From: the human T2T-CHM13v2.0 reference genome, Homo sapiens
Reading direction: 5' to 3' (one strand)
DNA length: 64,000 bases
NCBI RefSeq assembly: GCF_009914755.1
Contig: NC_060926.1
Under the pieces are notes generated by a model. It had not been told where the DNA came from. It ran no database searches and saw nothing but the letters and a program-made list of their open reading frames with translations. The position numbers and the translations under genes are program-made. Positions 1 to 16,101 of the stretch are shown here, one piece after another (the stretch's first letter is position 1; every line of letters starts with the position of its first letter).

Positions 1-2929
1 AATTCAAGAAATGTTGTGTCCATGTATTTTATTCGGTAATGCTCAGATGCCACACGTGCTGCATGTATGCTCGTATATCTGTAAAGGAGAAGACAACTTT
101 ATGTGCTGCTGCTTGAATTAAATTCTGAACTTCTCTCTCATAATGGATCTCTTCAGTTAAACAGTCTACTTCCTTTCCTGTTTCCCGATTCCTGTTAACT
201 CATCACATTGTGCTTCTTACTAAGTATGGCATACTTGCATAGCCCAGAGCAGGACAAGGGAGGAATGCAAAATAGACTGCATAATATTTCTTAAAATCAG
301 TAGTGACTGTATATGCAGAAGAAATTCAGTCAAGGAGGAAAAATCTGACCAAATATGTCAGGTAAATTTAATAGACATACTCAAAATTAAAGTAATTCAT
401 GTGTCTTTGTCATGTCTCTATTTCTCCTTTGAAATTGGCTCCAGCACTAGTAAGGTGTGGATGCTAGTATTACATCAAATCTTATTTTAAAAATTGAATT
501 ACACAAAAACTTTAGCAACTTAATTTTTTAAATATACACTTAGAGCTGAACACGAATCTCTCTCTCACCTGAGAGTGCTAGGTGTTTTCTTCAGCTGTTT
601 AACTTTTTACTCTGTGACGTTTTCTTTTTTCATTTTAAAATGTCTCATTTCAAAACGTTATAAGATTACAGAAATACCCTAAGTAAATATTTGTCCAACA
701 ACTTAGCTGAAAAATAAATCAGAATAATATGTGAGAAACTCCTTAAAAAGAGAAAATTTTTTTTAAAATGTTAAAGCAGAATTGTTCTGAAATGACTTAC
801 AAGAACTGGGGAGAGAAACTTATATACACATTGGAGTACATGAAGAGAGAAGGGATTTTCAAAGAGGCTTGCTCTACAATGAAAGTATGTCTAAATTCCA
901 CACCTTGAAAGAAGGTAGAAAAGATTTCCAGAACAGCCTGATAATTTTTAATAGCTTTTTAAAAACTTTCTAAAAGATAATCATAAAGATAATTTATTTA
1001 CTATCTTCTTTCAATTGAGATTGAAGATGGAATTCTTGAATCATAAATTTTGGAAGAATTGAAAGATGAGATTTGCTAAAAGAACTGATGATAAAGGAAA
1101 TATAAATTGATTCTGGTAGAAACCAAATGGAGAAAAAGAATTTGTCATCAAAATTGTTCCCTTAATTCCTTATTTTCAAAACTAATAAAATAACACTATA
1201 AAGAGGAAAGGTAGAGATTCATTAGATTCTTTCACGTACCACCTTACCAATATTTGTAATATCAGATATAACTAGGAATTGTATTACAAGAAAAATGAAA
1301 ATGGATGTTTCTATAGAGAATAATTATGCTTGAAATGACCAAAGACACAATAAAATTATAATGATAAAAGTTTTTAAATCCATTCATGTAAACATACCAT
1401 TAGAAACTATCTGCATATAATGAGGCTTCAAAAGGATCCTAGATGGTTTCTCAGAAGGTTTACAGGTGAAATTTTAAAAGAATAAAGGTCCCATCCCTCT
1501 TATATTCCATCTTGCATGTACAGTAACTTTAATAAATTTTTTTAGATGAATGAGAAAGAAGAAAAGCAAACTGGTCATGATACAATATCTATCTTGTGAG
1601 AAATAAAATATTACAAGTCTAAATATTTGTTCTTACTAAAATATGACTTAAAATAGGTTTTCCTGGTAGATAACTGTTGAAGTTAGGTGAAAGTGTTTCA
1701 TTATAGCATTCTGTTTTGTATATGTTTAAAATTTTCCATGATAAAAAGTTTAAATGATAAAAAAGCAGATTCCTCAAGATTTGGAGGTAGATAAATTGGC
1801 ATTTGCAAAGTTTGTTTCTATTTAGGAATAAAAACTTGGAGAATCATTGCGGAATTTCTTCTCTGGGAAGGATTTACTGGGGGAAGGGATACTAAAGTGG
1901 CATCTGCTCTGTCTAGTGATAATAAAATAAGAAGGTACAATGAGGCAGAAAGGGAAGCCAGAAGGGAGGGGCAGGATAGCAGTTTTAAGCATGGTGGCTA
2001 TTTTAATAGTACAAGACTTTGTTCTTCTGATGCTTCACCACCTCATTAACCTGTGTGTCATTCTGAAGTATTTTGCCATGCTCTGATGATTAGAGACTTG
2101 CTCGCTAACAACACATTTTAAATGCAAGTTCTTCCCTGGAGTCATGGTGAATTAATTTTCAATTAGTTTTCATTAATGAACTTCATTTTTATGGTCCTAA
2201 TTGCTATCCCAGCTTCAGGAAACTAAGCAAGTACTTTGGTGGGGTGTGGGGTGGGAGGCCGCTCTAAGAGCCAAGAATATTCTGGGCCGTTTTTAGAAGA
2301 CTTTATACTTCAGTCATCCTCCAAAAACTACATCTGAATTATAAATCAAACACCCACCAATAGAACCCATGCATCTTTTCTGTGGTCTTGAGAAGTATGT
2401 TATTGCTAGCTTCATCTGGAGTTTATCTTGCGTCCCAAAATCAGGATCAGGGAGGGAAAGTCAGATTTAAGCAGAGAAAAAGAGCTACTGGAAGTTCTAG
2501 GGAAATTGTCTAAGGTAAGGAATCATTTTCTCTTCCAGAAAAAAAGGAGACCAAGGATGTCTATGATGATCTTATTATCATAATTATGTCCATATTTTCA
2601 ATGAGCAAATAAAATTCCTGCAACCAGGTCACTTCGTCTTCTTTCTTCAGTGAAAAGAATGAATACCAACCTATTCAGAATCTTCTTTCCTCTATAGAGA
2701 AATTCATCACCACTTCCTTTTGTAAGCTTCAGTGTTAAAATCAGAATAGGCTATATCTGTACTTTAGGAAATATTGAGTAATCATTATATATTGTTTAAA
2801 ATAATTACCTTCAGTTGTTAATATTTTTTAAATCTGTCTGCCATGTGGAAATTCTATCCTGAATTGTTTCTATCTAGTACTAATGCCAAATTTCTTCCCA
2901 CTTGGAAAATGTAAAAAAAAAAAATTATG

Positions 2930-3050
2930 TTTTAGAGATGGGGATCTCACTATATTGCCCAGGCTGACCTTGAACTCGTGAGCTTAAGCAATCCTCTGGC
3001 CTCAGCCTCTTGAGTAGCTGGGACTACAGGCATGCACCACCACACTTGGC
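2930..3050 (-). mobile_element. Alu monomer (FLAM-like)
   Basis: Single Alu arm. Confidence 0.8.
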
Positions 3051-3133
3051 TTACTTGGATAATTCTCAGTCATTGTAAATTAATAGTAGAAGATGTTTTA
3101 CAAGCATAATACATATAAATAATAAAAGAATAA

Positions 3134-3495
<362 letters not shown>

Positions 3496-4525
3496 TCACT
3501 CATTCTTTCAATGACTTAGTTTCCTCTCAAATAAAAAAAGTTTAGCCTGGATTTTTCAGAGTCAAATAAAGATTCAAAAATAGTTTGTAAATAATCACAA
3601 ATAAGTCTAATACATAAAGACAAACTGCATAGTAAAATCAGTGTTCTTATGTTGCTAATGAAGGACTAACAGCCTGAGTAACACACCCACAAACCAACAC
3701 TCTAACAACGCAAGGAGCCACTGTGATGCTCTGTGCCACAGGACAAAGACAATAAGATGTCTGTACTCTTCATTTCCAGTCTAAAAACAAATCTGACGCT
3801 CATGAAAAAACTTATCACCCACAGCCTGAGACTTTATCTTTGTAAAATTTAATAAATATTTTTATTTCTTATTATTTTCTTCATGAAAAACTGAGTTTGT
3901 TGATAGCTTAATTCTTTTGTTTTTTTTTTCTCTCGAGGAGGGACACATTTTAAAGCATATCATGGTTTTAGAATTTTAAAAAGTATTTTATCTTGTTACT
4001 TTGACTTAAAAATATGTTATTTTTTAATTAGTTGTGCTAATGCTTCCCTTTGCACAGAAATGATCATTTCAATATTCTTTCAGTTAACATTAATAGAGTG
4101 CTGATTTCCTCATAATACTGAAATCTTCAGGATCATATCTAAACAAAACAAAACTTGAAGATGGGGTCCTGCTCTGGAGGGATTATAAAATAGTTGAGAT
4201 GACAAAAAAGAATACATGAAACTACAGAGCAGTGACAAAGCAACAGATGAATAAGTAGAAAATAAAGCAGCAGAAAATGTAAATGGAAGTGTCCGGGGCA
4301 TGTAGAATACAGTAAATTATGATGGACATAAACCTTAGCTAGTGTTTTACTGTCTTCACTTACTTCCTCCTGCAGAAGCAGTTTCTCTACATTGCTGATC
4401 ACTTTATTGTGAAAACAAACTCAGATTTTAATTCTTCTCAAATGAGAAGTATCTTATAGACAGAAGCATTTCTTGGCATTCCATTCCCCCCCACCCCCAC
4501 GGAAAGACATAAAGATGAAATTGGG

Positions 4526-4854
<329 letters not shown>

Positions 4855-5006
4855 TCAGCAAGAAACTACAAATAAGAAATACTTTATTATGTAAGTCATT
4901 TTAAAAGATCTGGAATATCACTGTATTGTTTAGGTACAGATTACAGTCCAATCTATAAAAATATAAAAAGAACTATAGATAATAAAACTATAAAAATATA
5001 AAAAGA

Positions 5007-5342
<336 letters not shown>

Positions 5343-8261
5343 AGAACTGTAGATAATAAAACTGAATTAATAATGAGCAGGAACAACACTAACCTTCAGA
5401 AGTGATCTATTAGGTAATGCAATGAGTTAAGGGTGCTATGTCAAAGCCTTTAGAGGTGCTTAATCTGTAATAAACTATTGTATTTTTAACAAAATATTGT
5501 CTGACTAATCAATTATAAAAGTAAGATCCGCAGTCTGACAATGGCATGGTAAAAAGAGGTCAGATTTTCGAGTCAGACAGGCCTGAATCAATCCCACTTC
5601 TGACATTTATGAACAGGTCCTTTGGCAAGTTTCTTCACTTCTCTGAGTCTCAGTTTTCTTACCAGTAAAATACAAATAATAATAATACCTACATTATAAG
5701 GATTTTTGTGAGGATTGAATGACATGACTCATGTAAAATGTTTTGCACATGGTAAGCATTAAATAAAAATAAACCATTGCTATGATATACTCGGCTAAAC
5801 ATTCAGACCCAAACAAGACTCTCTAAGGAGGATGAGGGAAGTTATCTTACAGAATCATCTCATCAGTGAAGTCAATAAAATATTTTCATTAAAAACCACT
5901 AATAAATTTGAAGACATAGCCAAATAAGAATTATATGACTGCCACCTCAAAAAACTGAGATGTCACCAGTTTACAATTCTCAACTTCTGGCACAAAAATC
6001 AAGTAGTTAATATCATTCTGCCTTTATAATTCCACTGAAACACAGGATAATTGGTTCTATATTTTGCTTTAACTATCCTGAGTTAAAATAAACAATAAGA
6101 TACATGTCCAGTGTTTTCTCATGAATAAAGCATAAGTGGATATATGTGGTTTTATTAGGTTGGATGGGAAAATAAACTTCCCTGCAGCCATGCACCTGTT
6201 TTCTACACATTCCAATATGGGAAATGTCAACTTCTTTAAGAGGAGCACTGTGAAACTGGCCCCTAAGTACATTTTCTTAAGCCCCACATAATAAGGATTT
6301 TCCTAACATGTTATGTTGTCTTCCCAAAACATTAAGGAATGTGTTTCAGGATTCCCTAACCTTGATCATAATGTTCTTATAAGATGGGTGATTTGTTATA
6401 TTTATAACAAACAGTCAAGTTATAGTAGCTGAAAGTCAAATAGCATTACCAGAAAAAGGCAATGAGAGATAATTGGGTAATATTATAATTCTGACTCTTC
6501 AAGATACATGTTAAAATAAGGCATCTTACCGTATGTGGTAAAACTAACAGAATATTATTGCCCCCATTCTAGCCTAGTAAGATGTTAGTTATTTTCTTTT
6601 TTGGAACAGTAATACATGTACACAGTTTCAAAAATTGAAAAGTTTAAAAGGATATATGCCCCTCACTGATCTTCCAAGTAAACTTGGTTTTTAACACTGA
6701 AGCACTATTCAGTCATGCATCTTATAAATGTAATCTCACATTGATTTACCTGATACCAAGACAGATAGATAGACTAGATAATTGGATAGAGACACAGAAA
6801 CTTTTACTTCTGATTTTATATATATAGTATTAGTTAATAACATATTAAATAAGAAGTAAATTAACAAATATCACGTTACCAAGATTTTTAGTTCTGAAGA
6901 AAATATCTAACACAAGGAGTGTCTACTGTACTACAAAAGACCATCAAGAGAAGCCTGAAAACTGTATCACTGAAAGTACCACATACATGGAGTCAAAAGG
7001 AGAACTGAAGCAAATACATAAGCTGCTGTCTAACCAGACCCAAATAACAGAATTTTTGTAGTCATAGACAAGGATAATTTATGTTCCTATTGCTAGTCCT
7101 AAGACCCTGCAAACTGAAAGTGCCCTCTGAACCACAAAGCAGTCCAACTGTTTGATTTAGTCTTAATATTAAAGTCATCTTGTTACAACCTATTTCCTTG
7201 AAATTTATGATCCAGATCTAAAAGTTTCTTATGTGTGACAATTTTTTCATTACCCAGAATGTTAAAGCAATCATAATATTTCATTATCCTTAATTATTTA
7301 GAAAGAGGGGTTTCCTTTAAGTTTAAAATGAAAATAAGAGGGACTATAGGAAAATGAAAGACAATCTTTGCCCGTATGGCTTTATAAGGAAGACTTCTGT
7401 TTGTCCTCATTGTTGAGTGAATTAGTATTAATATTGGCTTAATGTGGACTAAACAATTTTATCATTTTTTCAATTTTTCTAATAAACAAATTATATATAA
7501 TCAAGCATTTAGACATTTAATTGATTTTGATTCCATGAACATAGTATCTTAAATGCATATAAATGTATTTCAAATGATTAAAGGGTAGTTATTTAGATAT
7601 TTCATATAAGGGAAAATACTCTTTAGTAAATACAAGTAACTATGCGAAGATATGATAAATGTATACTGAACATTTATGGTACTCAGTTTTATGAGTTAAC
7701 AACTTCATACTAATTTTACTAATTTCTTCAGAGCTACTGCTCTCTATTTTTACATTTACTTATTTAAATAAATGATATATTGTATATGGTTTGAATAGCC
7801 ACCTTAAAACCTCTCTCCCTAAATGTAATTTAGAACATAAATTATTACATAGAAAACTACTTTTAGAAATTCCAATTGATAATTGTAAAAATATTTTAAG
7901 GATGCTTTGCTTTGAGTTTTAAAAATATTTCAAGCATATTAAATTGTTCTATTAACTATTAATTTATTTATATTTATATGCAACAACATTAGAATATTTT
8001 TGTTTTGACAGAAACCAAAGGAAGCAAAAAAAAATGCACAATTAAACCAAAAAGATACTGTGTCATTCATACTCAAACACCACAGGACATGTTAAGAGAG
8101 CCATTAAAATAGCATTCTATTGTGCTATTATGACACATAGTAAGTTTCCAAAATTAACAGAGAGGGTATTTTGCTGCCTGTTGGCATGTATCACAGTCTT
8201 AATATGGTTTTTTTAAGGGTGGGAGAAGAGTTAAAAATATCTTATGTGTTTTGATAAGTAC

Positions 8262-8557
8262 TTTTTTTTTTTGAGACAGGGTCTTGCTCTGTTGCCCAAG
8301 CTGGAGTGCAGTGGTGTGATCATGGCTCACTGCAGCCTCAACCTCCCCAGACTCAGCTGATCCTCCCACCTCAGCCTCCTGAGTTGCTGGGACTACAGGA
8401 ATGCCCCATCACACTTGACTAATTTTTTTTTTTTTTTGGTAGAGATGGGGTCTCCTTATGTTGCCTAAGCTGGTCTCAAATTCCTGAGGTCAAGTAATTC
8501 TCCCACTTTGGCCTCCCAAAGTGCTGGGATTACAGGCATGAGCCACTATGCCTGGCC
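8262..8557 (-). mobile_element. Alu (AluJ-like)
   Basis: Dimeric Alu; TSD TGATAAGTACTTTT on both sides. Confidence 0.92.
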
Positions 8558-10696
8558 CTGATAAGTACTTTTGAGAGTTTATTAGGCATTAATCACTTTT
8601 AGATATGTTGTTTTCGGTGAGAAAACACTCAGCCATCACATTTCCTCTGTTTTCTTTAGAGTTCTTTTCTCTATGTCTATCCCAGCCACCTTCCAGGGCT
8701 GCTTCTCTGTTCTCTTCCTCTTGGCCCAACTGCATTTAAAAAGGATATTTGAAAAACGAATTGGTGAAGGTATAAACTTGTTCAGTTATGTTACCTGTTC
8801 ATGCCTGACCTTATAGGTTGGGCACTCCCCTTGGCCTTTCACACGTGCAGTGGCATCTCCAATTTTGTTCAAGATTCACAAGGTTAGCTCTGTCTCTGCA
8901 CACCCTTGACACTCACAATGTAACTAGAGTCACTCTCAGTTAGCTTCAGCTTTCTGAAATATTCAGTTTATGCCCTAGAATGTGCTCACTATATAAATAA
9001 CATTTCAATATGATTCCAAAATATGGAATGTATTTCTAAACCATAAGGAAGAACATAGAATTTCATCTCAAACTCCACATAGCTAGGTCACTATGTGGCA
9101 CTGTTTTCAAGACGAAATGAAGGTTTCAGAGTAATATGAACTCAGCCTCACTGCCCAGGCATACGCTTTCCAAATATTAATTAGGATACCATCTGTGGTT
9201 CAATAAACCTTACTGGGGCCTCCTCCTTCAAACCTCCAACCACTGCCATTTGAGTATGAAGCATCCATTGGCCATTTGTTTCACCAGGTGTTAAATTTCT
9301 CTTTGAGCATGTTATATTTAGATTTCTGAGTAAGATGACAGTAATATTTAGTTCAATGCCCCTCATTTACCCCCATAGAGGTCAAAGGGCAGGACATATT
9401 TTGAGGCCAATTACTCTGTCTCTTTGGTTTAGAAGGACATTAGTTATGCACTCTTCAAAATACAAAAGGTAAAGTAGTTTTCCTGCATCCAAAATTACCG
9501 ACAGCACATAGTAAGAGATTCCAGCCCCACTGAGTTACTTTTTCACATGGTGTGACATGACAAAGCACAGACACAAATTCCCCGGACAAAAGATAGCTGG
9601 AGTGTTGATAGTTGTCTTTAGCTGACTTTTTCTTCCTGGAGCCAGAGGGGGGACTTAGACATAGCATGCGTAAGAAGACTGGCACTGGATTTAGACAGTC
9701 TGGGTTCAAAATTCACACATTGCTAGCTGGTGACTTGGGGAAAGTTAATTTAAGCTCGACTTTCTCTCCTCTATCAATTAGAGTTAATAACAGCATCTGC
9801 TTCATAAGCCTTAAATGAGATAATGCATGCAAAGTGCCCAGTGTGTGGTTAGCATTTAGTAAATGTTCGTTGTTATTATTATTTTATTCTTTCATTCAAC
9901 AAGCATTAAACACCTACTACAAAGCATCTTACGGATGAAGAAACTGAGGCACAGAAATGTTGGACAGGTATCCAAAATAGGACTGGAACACAGATGTCCT
10001 AATGTCAATTTATCTCACTAGGGTAAGTTGGTTCTCTTAATGGGTTATTAAAAACTCACCTTAGTTTTGAGAAACAGCCAGGAACTTCTCAATAAATGAA
10101 CTAAACAGCCAGTTTTTTGCCTTGGTTTTATGAAGGGTGTAATGGTTTCAAACATATCTGCAATGAGAAACATATTGCAAACATGTCTTCCATGAGCAAA
10201 GCAAAATAAGACTGAGATGTAAATGTGACCCACCAAAAGAAAGGCCAGCAAATACTTAAGCCACCCAGAAAATCCATCTCACTGCTTTACCTGTGTCTTG
10301 CTCAATCTAAAAAAAAAAAAAAAAAGCCTGCTGTCAAGTAGGGCCTGAGACTTTTATTTCTTTAATTGTATATATTGTCTTTATGTCTTCATATAATGGG
10401 ATTTATATAAATTTCAATCAATACTAAGGACAAAAAAATGAGTGATGATCAGGAGGAGAAAGGGTCCCTGTGGATTGATTATTTTCTCTAATGAGTGGTT
10501 ATACCCGAAGACTGACTAACAGAGAAGCTATACTAAACAGATTAGCCCACATTCACCATGCCAAAGCTGATAATGGATTCCCTGTGGAACAAATATCGTA
10601 TCACTCAGATCTTTATACATCACTACTACTGAATTGAAAATTTCAGTCTCTGTAAACACAAAATAATATAAGAACACATAAAAGACTATAAGATGA

Positions 10697-11020
<324 letters not shown>

Positions 11021-11960
11021 CTTTTTCACATATTTCAGTTGAAATCTAAACATATGATAATATGGTTGTTTCTGTACAATAGCACAAAAATATGCTTTTA
11101 TGAAAAAGTGACAAAATCAGTAATTAGTGGTCACAAAAACACTTCATTGTTTATTCACGACCAATCAAAAAATGAGACTTTTTCCCACTGAAAGAATAGA
11201 AAGTAATCACAGTACAGATATTCAAATAATTTGATGAAATTTAATTGATGCTCTATAAGTGGAATTACCAAACACCTTTGACCAGAATGCTGAGATTTGG
11301 TGGGAGGGAGTAAATCTACATTTGATGATGTACATATTTCAGAATGTTGAAACTTGATTTTTCCTAAACTGCTTTATTTGAAAACTACCAAAAATTAATA
11401 TGAAAATAAAATTTAAAACAGCAGGAGTCAAAATGCGTATTTTGAATGACAGCAGTTCCACTGGCTTATAATCATTTCTTTAGCCCAGATAAAAACCTCT
11501 TTATAGCCTTGGTTCCAAGATTGTGCATTTCTGATGCAGTTTATTATAAGAAAAGTAAGACAGTCCTGGTCTATGTAAGTGCATTTAAAATTTACACTGC
11601 TAAGAAACATAACCTTGATAACAAAAGCGAGTGGGAATGAATATTATTACAAGTGACAAGATTTTTGAATGCAGAACTGGCATTTGACAGTGTCATTTGC
11701 AATAACTGAATTTTTTAATCTATGTAATTCCTGAAGTATCTTTCTGTTGCGCATAATATTTAGTTTTTGGTCACGTTGCAATATAGCTTTGTGCTTAGTA
11801 TATTCACTTTTATATTCTTCCTCCCCTGGTACCATGCCAGTTTTGAAGCTGATCAAATAAGATTTTTCATTATTGAAGAGGAGTTGACACTAATTTTTTC
11901 ATTCATTTCACACACAAAATTTTTTTCTGTTTCGAAGAAAAAATTCTCACTGGGCAGCAG

Positions 11961-12086
11961 CCCAGGCGGGAGTACAATGGTGCAGTTATGTCTCACTGCA
12001 GCCTCAACCTTCCTAGGCTCAGGTGATCCTCCCACCCCTCCCTCACAAGTAGCTGGGACCACAGGCATGCACCACCATGCCTGGCT

Positions 12087-12121
<35 letters not shown>

Positions 12122-12238
12122 AAGAGACTGAGTTTCACCATGTTGCCCAGGCTGGTCTTGAACTCCTGGACTCCAGCAATCCACCCACCTAGACTTCCCA
12201 AAGTGCTGGAATTACAGGCATGAGCACCGCACCCAGCC
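11961..12238 (-). mobile_element. Alu (AluJ-like) with expanded central T tract
   Basis: Alu consensus. Confidence 0.88.
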
Positions 12239-12369
12239 CATTTTTTTAGAGTGTCCTTTATGTACCAGTTAGGGATCTGTGCTGAGAAGAAGTCATGGTC
12301 CCCTCTGTCATGTAGCTTAGCGTCTAGTGAAGGAACCAGACTTTTAACAAATAATCAAATAAGTGCATA

Positions 12370-12706
12370 CAAGTAGTCCTCTTGATCCCTGGTTTCACTT
12401 TCCACAGTTTCTGTTACTCATGGTAAAACGTGGTCTGAAAATAGATGAGTACAGTATAATAAAATATTTCGAGAGAGAGAAAAAAACAGATTCACATAAC
12501 TTTTATTACAGTATATGGTTATAACTGCTCTATTTTATTGTTAATTATTGTTAATCTCTTCCTGTGCCTAATTTATAAGTTAAGCTTTATCACAGGTATG
12601 CATGTATAGGAAAAAACAGTATATATAGGGTTCAGTACTATCCCCCGGTTCAGGCATCCACTGAAGGTCTTGGAAAACATCCCCCCTGGATAAGGGGAAA
12701 CTACCG
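12370..12706 (+). mobile_element. MER44A-like (Tigger7-derived) DNA transposon
   Basis: Degenerate CAGTAGTCCC.../...GGGAAACTACCG TIRs flanked by TA; internal sequence matches the MER44 consensus as recalled. Confidence 0.8.
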
Positions 12707-12889
12707 TAGTTTAAAGGCAGTAAGTATTATGAAGGAAGACCATAGGGTGCCATGAGCTAGAACATGACTCAGTTTGGGAGATCAGGGAAATCCATTCTGC
12801 AGATGTGATCTCTAAGGTGAGAACTAAAGAAAGAATGAGTTGACTAGGCACGCAAGTGGATCAACAGAGTAGACTTTGGGATTGCTTCC

Positions 12890-13390
12890 CTCCCTACCCC
12901 TCACCACAGACTTCCCTTACATAGGTGGGTTTGAGCTGGTATAGACCTGCCCTCACCTCAAGCATTGGGCCCTGATTGGTCCAATTTAATCTCCTTGCCA
13001 TGGTGATTGGTTCAAAGAGGGACTGGCCAAAACCAATCAGCACATGACAGTCTTCACAAGTCACAGTAATTGGCTCTTGGGGGGGAAGGAGGGGAGTGTG
13101 ACCCAAATTTGGATAATCAAAATGAAACTCAGGACTTTCGTCTGAAGATGGGGGAAAAGTTGCCTCCCCTTCTTGAATGTGAACAAAGACATGTAGTCCA
13201 GGAGCCAGCAGCAGCTCTCTCTCTACCACAAGAAAGGCCAGCTTGAAAGTAAAGCTAGCAGGGAGGAGAGGATAGAATCAGGATCACCACAGTGAACCAG
13301 AACCCTGATGGCATTATGAACAGAAGCCTGAACCACCCCTGATCTTTCCAGCTTGCTTTTCTGTTAATAGCAACCAAAAGTATTTTAACT
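12890..13390 (+). mobile_element. Old ERVL/MaLR LTR fragment (MLT1/LTR16-like)
   Basis: gattggt/ccaatcag boxes and gcaaccaaaag end. Confidence 0.45.
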
Positions 13391-13499
13391 GTTACTGGCA
13401 AAGGGGATTCTAGGCAGAGGAAATGTTATGTGAAACATTATGTGAAAACCCCAGAGCAGGAAAGAATATAACACAATGCTGGATATCACTCACTTATCC

Positions 13500-14045
13500 T
13501 CCATATGAATTCACTCCTTTGATCCTCTAAGAACACTGTGCTCCGTGCTGTTCTCTCTGCCTCTGGTATTTTTTTCTACCTCCTACCTGCCTATCAAATC
13601 TTACTCATCCTTCAAAATCCTATTTAAGTACTTCCTCCTTTTCTACAAGCCCTTCCCCAATCACTTTTACCCACTTCTCCTTACTGACTCTAGCCAATTT
13701 TTTTCCAATTTCAATTTCAGCATCTGCTGTATGCTGACTCGACATGCCTCCTACCTGTTCTGCAATGCACGTCAGCACTCCCATGCCTTTGCCCAGCACA
13801 TTTTCTCAGCCTGGAATGAACTTCCTCCTAGGGCATCTATTGACAGACCCTTCAAACATCTATAATGCTACCTCTCCTAGAAAGCCTTTGCTAATCCCCC
13901 AGTAGGATGTGAACATTATCTATTTCTCCACTAGATTTGTCCTTTATTGAGGACAGGAACCATTTTTTATTCAACTTAAGTTCCCACAGCATTACTACAA
14001 CAGAGTAGATATTAGAGACAAATGTTTACTGAACAAATAAGTCGT
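13500..14045 (+). mobile_element. L2 3' fragments
   Basis: L2-like tail ending aaatgtttactgaacaaataa. Confidence 0.6.
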
Positions 14046-14119
14046 TGAATTGTTAGACGAATAAACAGATTCCTCTAAATAGATAGATTAGATAGACATA
14101 GAGATATAGATATGTATAT

Positions 14120-14482
14120 ACAAACTGAGAATCCCTTATCTAAAGTACTTGGGAACAGAAGTGTTTTGGATTTCAATTTTTGTGGGGGGCTTGGCATATT
14201 TGCATATACATAAAGAGATATCTTGGGGATAGGACCCAAGTCTAAACACAAAATGCATTTATGTTTCATATGAACCCCATACACATAGCATGAAGGTAAT
14301 TTTATTTTTCCCTTGGGGACCCGGAATAAATTGTGTGTTGTGTGCCTGTGTTTTGACTGCAACCCATCAGACAAGGTCAGATGTAGAATTTTCCTCTTGT
14401 GGTGCCATGTTGGTGCTGACAAAGTGTCAGGTTTTGGAGTATTTTGGATTTCAGATTTTCAGATTAGGAACACTCAACTTTC
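14120..14482 (+). mobile_element. Tigger4b (Zombi)-like DNA transposon
   Basis: tgagaatcccttatc... / ...gggataggacccaagtctaaacac / ...cactcaact ends. Confidence 0.75.
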
Positions 14483-16101
14483 ATATAGTTAAGTTTTATG
14501 GAAAAGGATCCATGTCTACTTTTTAAAATCCATAGTAAATAGCAGCATACAGAAGTATGTTGTAGGAATTAAATATAAGTATATATTGAATGAAAAAATA
14601 CATATGAGATGCTAGAATTTACAATAATCAGAAGAATGAGGACTTAAGCAAATGTGTTTGATGTTTTTCTGGTTTTTTCTTTTAACTTGGAAGCTATGGA
14701 ATGTCATTCAGCAACTTTTTATTTAATGCCTAAGGCACTCATTGCTTGTGACACCAATCATCAGAGCCATTACTAAAGTCACTGATGTACAAGAATATGC
14801 AGCTAATAGAGACCAGAAATGTTGTTCATATGGTTAAGCACTAAATATTGGTGAATTGCACTTGAGAGCAAATAGCTTCAGCTATAAATATGGGACTAAA
14901 AGAACGAAAGACCAATGTTTACTTCCTTCTATGAAATGCTCTTTTGAAATGGCAAATAGACTTTTGTAATGAGAATATCATTCAGCGGATCAAACTGGAA
15001 ACCTAACTACTTTATCGTTTTTCTTTAAAGTCAGCAGCTTCAGCTTTTTAAGTTACATTAAGATTTTTGGTGCCATTCATACAAAGTTAGTGGGAATATG
15101 CTTGGTTAAGACTTTTTGAAGGACAATTTGATATTATCTATCAAAATGTAAAATATATATAACCCATTAAGTCCACTTCTAGTAACCCATCCAAAATAAA
15201 AACTAGAGCACAAGGAAATATGTACAAAAAATGTTTGGTACAATATTATTATTGGTTGAAGACAACCTAAATAGCCATTAGTATGGGAATGGTTATATAA
15301 GCTGAATTATTTTGAGACTGTACAATACTATACCTCTGCTGAAAAGAATGAAGTGCATCTATATGTATTGGTATGAAAGAATGTCAATAATAAATTCTTG
15401 CAGAAGCTGCGTGGTGAGTACTTAGTTTTCTCTCTACTTTTTTGAAAGTTTGAAAATTTCTATAATGAAAAAGGTTTTTTAAATATCATCTAGAGCTCCA
15501 CTTCTACTTAGGATCTAGAAAGCTTCAAGATAACATTGCTCCGATCCTAATAACAAGAAAAAAATGGATAACCTACAAAATCATAATTTTTCTTTAACCC
15601 ATTAGAGATCCTGAGGATACAAAGCAACTATATGAACTAAATTCCAAAGACTGACAAACTTCTTCAAGGAAAAAAAGGAACACTTAAATTTTGCCTTTGT
15701 CACAGCACAGAAGGAAGAGGTAACTACCATTTAAGGTAGGTTTAAAAAAAAGGAGCAAAATTTTTAACAAATTCCTAAAGACTAGATGTGGGCTAGTGTA
15801 TCAATTTATAATAAATGGGAACCCTGGGCCTCTACAAGGAACTTTGCGTTTATTCCCAAGCTCTTATGCACCCAGGGACCACAAAATAGACTGGGGGGAG
15901 AAGTTGGAGAGAGGGCAGAGCCCCCTTTGGAGACTCAGTCATACAGGTAAGATCAGCTGCACTGGGGGAGTGGTATGAAACAGAGCCCACCTCCCCAAAA
16001 CCTTCTCTCTTAACAACATAAAAGCTGTAAGCAGCTTAAGGGGAGGAGAGCAGTAGCAGAGCTTCTCATACCAAGAATCCAGGCAAAGATCCACTGCTTC
16101 T

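Noticed and set aside
2410-2514. Plus-strand AG/GT-bounded open 35-codon segment (LHLEFILRPK...LGKLSK|gtaagg)
   Set aside because: Weak pyrimidine tract and no consistent plus-strand exon chain; more likely chance or the antisense shadow of minus-strand coding remnants
11422-11574. Plus-strand exon-like segment ending in a gtaagt donor (similar case at 8012-8139)
   Set aside because: Poor acceptor or internal stops; open stretches of about 50 codons are expected by chance in this much AT-rich DNA
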